Part shown: positions 63,478 to 64,000 of the stretch, piece by piece
How the letters are laid out: each line of letters begins with the position of its first letter
How positions within the stretch are numbered: position 1 is the first letter of the stretch
Source of the DNA: Felis catus
Taxonomy: Eukaryota
Length of the DNA: 64,000 nt
Assembly (NCBI RefSeq): GCF_018350175.1
Contig: NC_058368.1
Location: 97,404,001-97,468,000 of the forward strand
Direction: 5' to 3'
Program-made: the position numbers and the translations under genes
The notes under the pieces: generated by a model
What the model was told of the DNA's origin: nothing
Database searches by the model: none
Seen by the model: the letters and a program-made list of their open reading frames with translations, nothing else

Positions 63478-63640
63478 TTTTTTTTTTAATATATGAAATT
63501 TATTGTCAAATTGGTTTCCATACAACACCCAGTGCTCATCCCAAAAGATGCCCTCTTCAATACCAATATCACCTACCCTCCCCTCCTCCCACCCCCCATC
63601 AACCCTCAGCTTGTTCTCAGTTTTTAAGAGTCTCTTATAC
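63478..63640 (-). mobile_element. Short feline L1 3' end
   Basis: Reverse complement of the sequence at about 51930-52075; TSD TACCTTAATTTC. Confidence 0.9.
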
Positions 63641-63679
63641 TACCTTAATTTCAACTTCAGTTTATGTTTAAGAAAACTT

Positions 63680-64000
63680 GTAAAAACCAAACTCATACAT
63701 AAATAAGGGGATTGGCGGTTGCCAGAGGCTGGAGTGAGGGGTGGTTACAATATGTGAAGGTGGTCACAAGGTGCGAGCTTAGAGTTATAAAATAAATAAG
63801 TCCTGGGGATGTAATGTACAGCATGGTGACCTTAGTTAACACTACCATATTGTATATTTGAAAGTTGCTAAGAGAGTAGATTTTAAAAGTTCTTGCATCA
63901 CAAGAAAGAAATTGTAACCAATGTATGGTGATGGATGTAGGCTCAATTTACTGTGGTGACCATTTTGCAGTATATGCAAGTATCAGGTCATTCATTATAT
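63680..64000 (+). mobile_element. L1MA-like 3' UTR, runs off window
   Basis: GGTTGCCAGAGGCTGG..AAATAAGTCCTGGGGATGTAATGTACAGCATGGTGAC..GAAAGTTGCTAAGAGAGTAGA. Confidence 0.85.

Noticed and set aside
1..64000. CRISPR arrays, operons or other prokaryotic systems
   Set aside because: The sequence is clearly mammalian; tandem repeats are simple microsatellites without spacers.

Overview
Mammalian genomic DNA from a felid, judged from abundant feline-type Can-SINEs and feline L1 3' ends. The only protein-coding gene I can support is the 5' part of DMXL1 (Dmx-like 1, Rabconnectin-3 family WD40 protein) on the + strand. It has a CpG-island promoter at about 34.9-36.25 kb and coding exons 1-4 (35969-36055, 54452-54577, 57489-57560, 60398-60476), which splice in frame through GT-AG introns; the gene continues beyond the window. 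The upstream 35 kb is intergenic and repeat-rich: more than 50 Can-SINEs across the window, L1/L2/MIR remnants, solo LTRs, DNA-transposon MITEs, a SINE-fragmented class I ERV pol relic and a tailless U6 retrocopy. Nearly all ORF-track entries are repeat-derived noise. I do not see a clearly new biological system. The best leads are two in-frame uORFs directly upstream of the DMXL1 ATG, a bidirectional promoter with sense and antisense splice donors, an AP-1 site cluster, and several unusual retrotransposition structures. Repeat family names come from recalled consensus sequences, not a database search, and repeat boundaries are approximate.
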